A stretch of 64,000 bases of DNA from Lepidodermella squamata (lineage: Eukaryota; Animalia; Gastrotricha), in contig JBLDXI010000066.1 in NCBI GenBank assembly GCA_047495785.1, forward strand, positions 124,001 through 188,000. The letters are read 5' to 3'. This document shows positions 62,201 through 64,000 of the stretch, piece by piece. Made by a program: the position numbers and the translations under genes. Numbering within the stretch: position 1 is the stretch's first letter; each line of letters begins with the position of its first letter. The notes below the pieces were generated by a model. The model searched no databases. It was not told where the DNA came from and worked only from the letters and a program-made list of their open reading frames with translations.

Positions 62201-62572
62201 GCTGTTTCTTACGTGGTACGATGGCAATCAGGGGCTTGCTGCTGATGCGACGTTCTGCGAAAGGCAGCTGGGTTCCGGCATTGGCTACGAATCTGTTAAC
62301 TATCCCGGCTACTTCATTCACGTCGATGCCAACAACGAACTCTTCATTCGCCAGAATGCAACGTCGTTGAGTTTTCCCTCGCGCTCAACCTTCCAAGAAA
62401 CGGCTTTGGGTAAGTTGCCGGAGATTTAGCTTTCGCATACTGATTGTTTTCTTTTCATAAAACAGCCGTCTGTACCGACTGCGGTGGCGAAAACCAGCAA
62501 TGCCTGGAGAACAACAAGTGCACGTGCAAGCCTGGATGGGAAGGGCATAGGTGCACTAAACGCTGTATTTAA
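41221..62572 (+). CDS. Giant secreted protein (~4,200 aa predicted): signal peptide, five 4-Cys modules, then 19 x [EGF-like, AbfB/CBM42, EGF]
   Basis: N-terminal exons are homologous to the 7791 gene. Each unit has a 519-nt exon, 56-nt intron, 102-nt exon and 333-nt intron, all junctions phase 1 and no stops. The last exon diverges to GWEGHRCTKRCI* (stop 62570-62572), with AATAAA at about 62673. Confidence 0.85.
43712..62543 (+). repeat. Intragenic tandem array, 1010-bp period, 19 coding units, differing only at a few recurrent sites
   Basis: ORF stops recur every 1010 bp from 44249 to 62429. Confidence 0.98.
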
Positions 62573-63142
62573 GTTGAAAGAAACCAGAGTTGTGACAATT
62601 GCATCAAATGCTACAATGACATTATGTATTCATTGAAATTAAAACCAAAGTTGTCGATATGTTATATTTACCAATAAAACGTTACAATGCATCGTCTGAC
62701 TTATATCTGCTTTTGTCTTTTGCTGCAATTTCGAATTTTACATCAATTACTTAGCAAAATAAAACTGCGAATAATCTGCCCAATATGCCGTTCTTCGTCG
62801 CGAACTCTCCGCCCCAACAAGGATTGAGGCTCAGAAGGATAAGGGAACATTCTTACAGTAATTTCGGCCTTGCATAGGGCAGTGGTTATCCGTTCCCAGC
62901 TGCGCAATTTCAAGTCTGCAGCTTTTCAGAGCTTTCCAGAGCTTTCATTTTGAACTTCGGTTCGACATGTCAGTGTTGAAATTGCGGACGTGGATGCGTG
63001 AAGAAAAAACTCATCCCTCTTTACTACAATCTATATATATGAATATATGATCTATCGAATGAAGCTATGGCTAATGGTTGTCGCTTGTCGCATGCACATT
63101 ACCCCCTGTGGCAAACATCAAGGCAAACATACATCAACGTCT

Positions 63143-63189
63143 GTAGCCTGTAGCCTGTAGCCTGTAGCCTGTAGTCCTGTAGCCTGTAG
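63143..63189. repeat. (GTAGCCT)n heptamer microsatellite
   Basis: tgtagcctgtagcctgtagcctgtagcctgtag... Confidence 0.85.
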
Positions 63190-63883
63190 TTGACAAAAAA
63201 TAAACGTAAGTGTAGCCTGAGTGTCGCGAGTTTGTTTCGTCCGGTCGATAAGGTGCCCCTGTGTAGTTTCAAAGGCGTTTCCTAGTTAATCATCTTGACT
63301 TTTATCATTTGTTAAATAATCAGTAATGAATATAAACCGGTTATTCGACCAGATAGCAATTTCAGTGTTTCGTGTTGGAAACTGATTTTTGTTGATCCTA
63401 AGTGTCGTTAAGGTGATGACTTGCTAATTTGATTTTCTAATCTAAACCTTTCGTCTTGGCAATCTGTTGTTTTGGCGATGGTAATTTGGTGACCATAATT
63501 CTCCTACCTATAATAGCATCTTTCATTCGATGCCCCTTATTTTTTTATAGTAATTGCCTACTGTTTGCCGATTCATGTCGTCGTTCAGCAAACAAATTGT
63601 CTGAGGTCTGAGGAGCATGGCGCCATGGCCCAATTTTCCTTGAGCGCTCTGCTAGGCTCAGGTCAAAAATTGCCCTTGAACAAAATAGAACAATGAAAAC
63701 ATGTTCTAGTATCTAGCATAATCATCAACCCACCATTCGCCAATTGTTCAAGCAGAAAATGTCTGATGTCTGAGCCTTTTTCAATTTCTCTGTTGGGCTC
63801 AGGTCAACAAACTGTCCATAGAAAAAATAACGTTATTGAAGAATCTTTGCTTTCAAGATTTTCCTATTTTATCGCGAATTCAG

Positions 63884-64000
63884 ATGAACTCGTATTTTTC
63901 AATTACATTTTATTCGGCGGCGATTCTATCAGCGATAGCGATCACCGACTCACTGCAAGCATACAAACGCTGCTTCTCCAGATTCAATGATACGTTCACT
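63884..64000 (+). CDS. Start (exon 1, partial) of another member of the Cys-rich/EGF/AbfB family
   Basis: MNSYFSITFYSAAILSAIAITDSLQAYKRCFSRFNDTFT, homologous to MRSYFSTLFYSAVMLSAVVANTNSQQTYKRCFSRFNDNFS. Confidence 0.8.
   Translation, partial: MNSYFSITFYSAAILSAIAITDSLQAYKRCFSRFNDTFT

Noticed and set aside
44783-62429. Eighteen separate 158-aa genes, as suggested by the ORF track
   Set aside because: They start at GTG, lack signal peptides and are bounded by canonical splice sites; they are better explained as internal exons of one gene.
43712-62543. CRISPR-like or non-coding satellite interpretation
   Set aside because: No unique spacers; the units are 1010-bp exon/intron blocks in a eukaryotic gene.

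Overview
Gene-dense, AT-rich animal genomic DNA with many ~50-60 bp GT-AG introns; the species cannot be identified from the window. The main feature is a family of predicted secreted modular lectin-like proteins: signal peptide, a run of unassigned 4-Cys modules, then EGF-like repeats and AbfB/CBM42-like beta-trefoil (arabinofuranose-binding type) domains. One member (7791-16693) has 14 EGF-type exons and 2 AbfB domains. Another (41221-62572) contains 19 near-identical 1010-bp intragenic units. Each unit holds two phase-1 exons that splice in frame, predicting a ~4,200-aa protein with 19 AbfB domains. Two 5'-only copies lie in a 3027-bp tandem duplication, and a fifth copy starts at the right edge. 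Between them are two neutral sphingomyelinase (SMPD2-like) paralogs, two M13 neprilysin-like genes (one lacking HExxH) plus neprilysin fragments, two divergent GABA-B-like class C GPCRs, an M14 carboxypeptidase, a signal-peptide-bearing PI-PLC X-domain gene and a small Cys-rich membrane protein. Mobile DNA includes a 3.3-kb CCC-ended TIR element in an intron, a 5'-truncated LINE inside a foldback element, several MITE families, and hairpin elements carrying paired tRNA-like Pol III heads. All exon models were read by eye.
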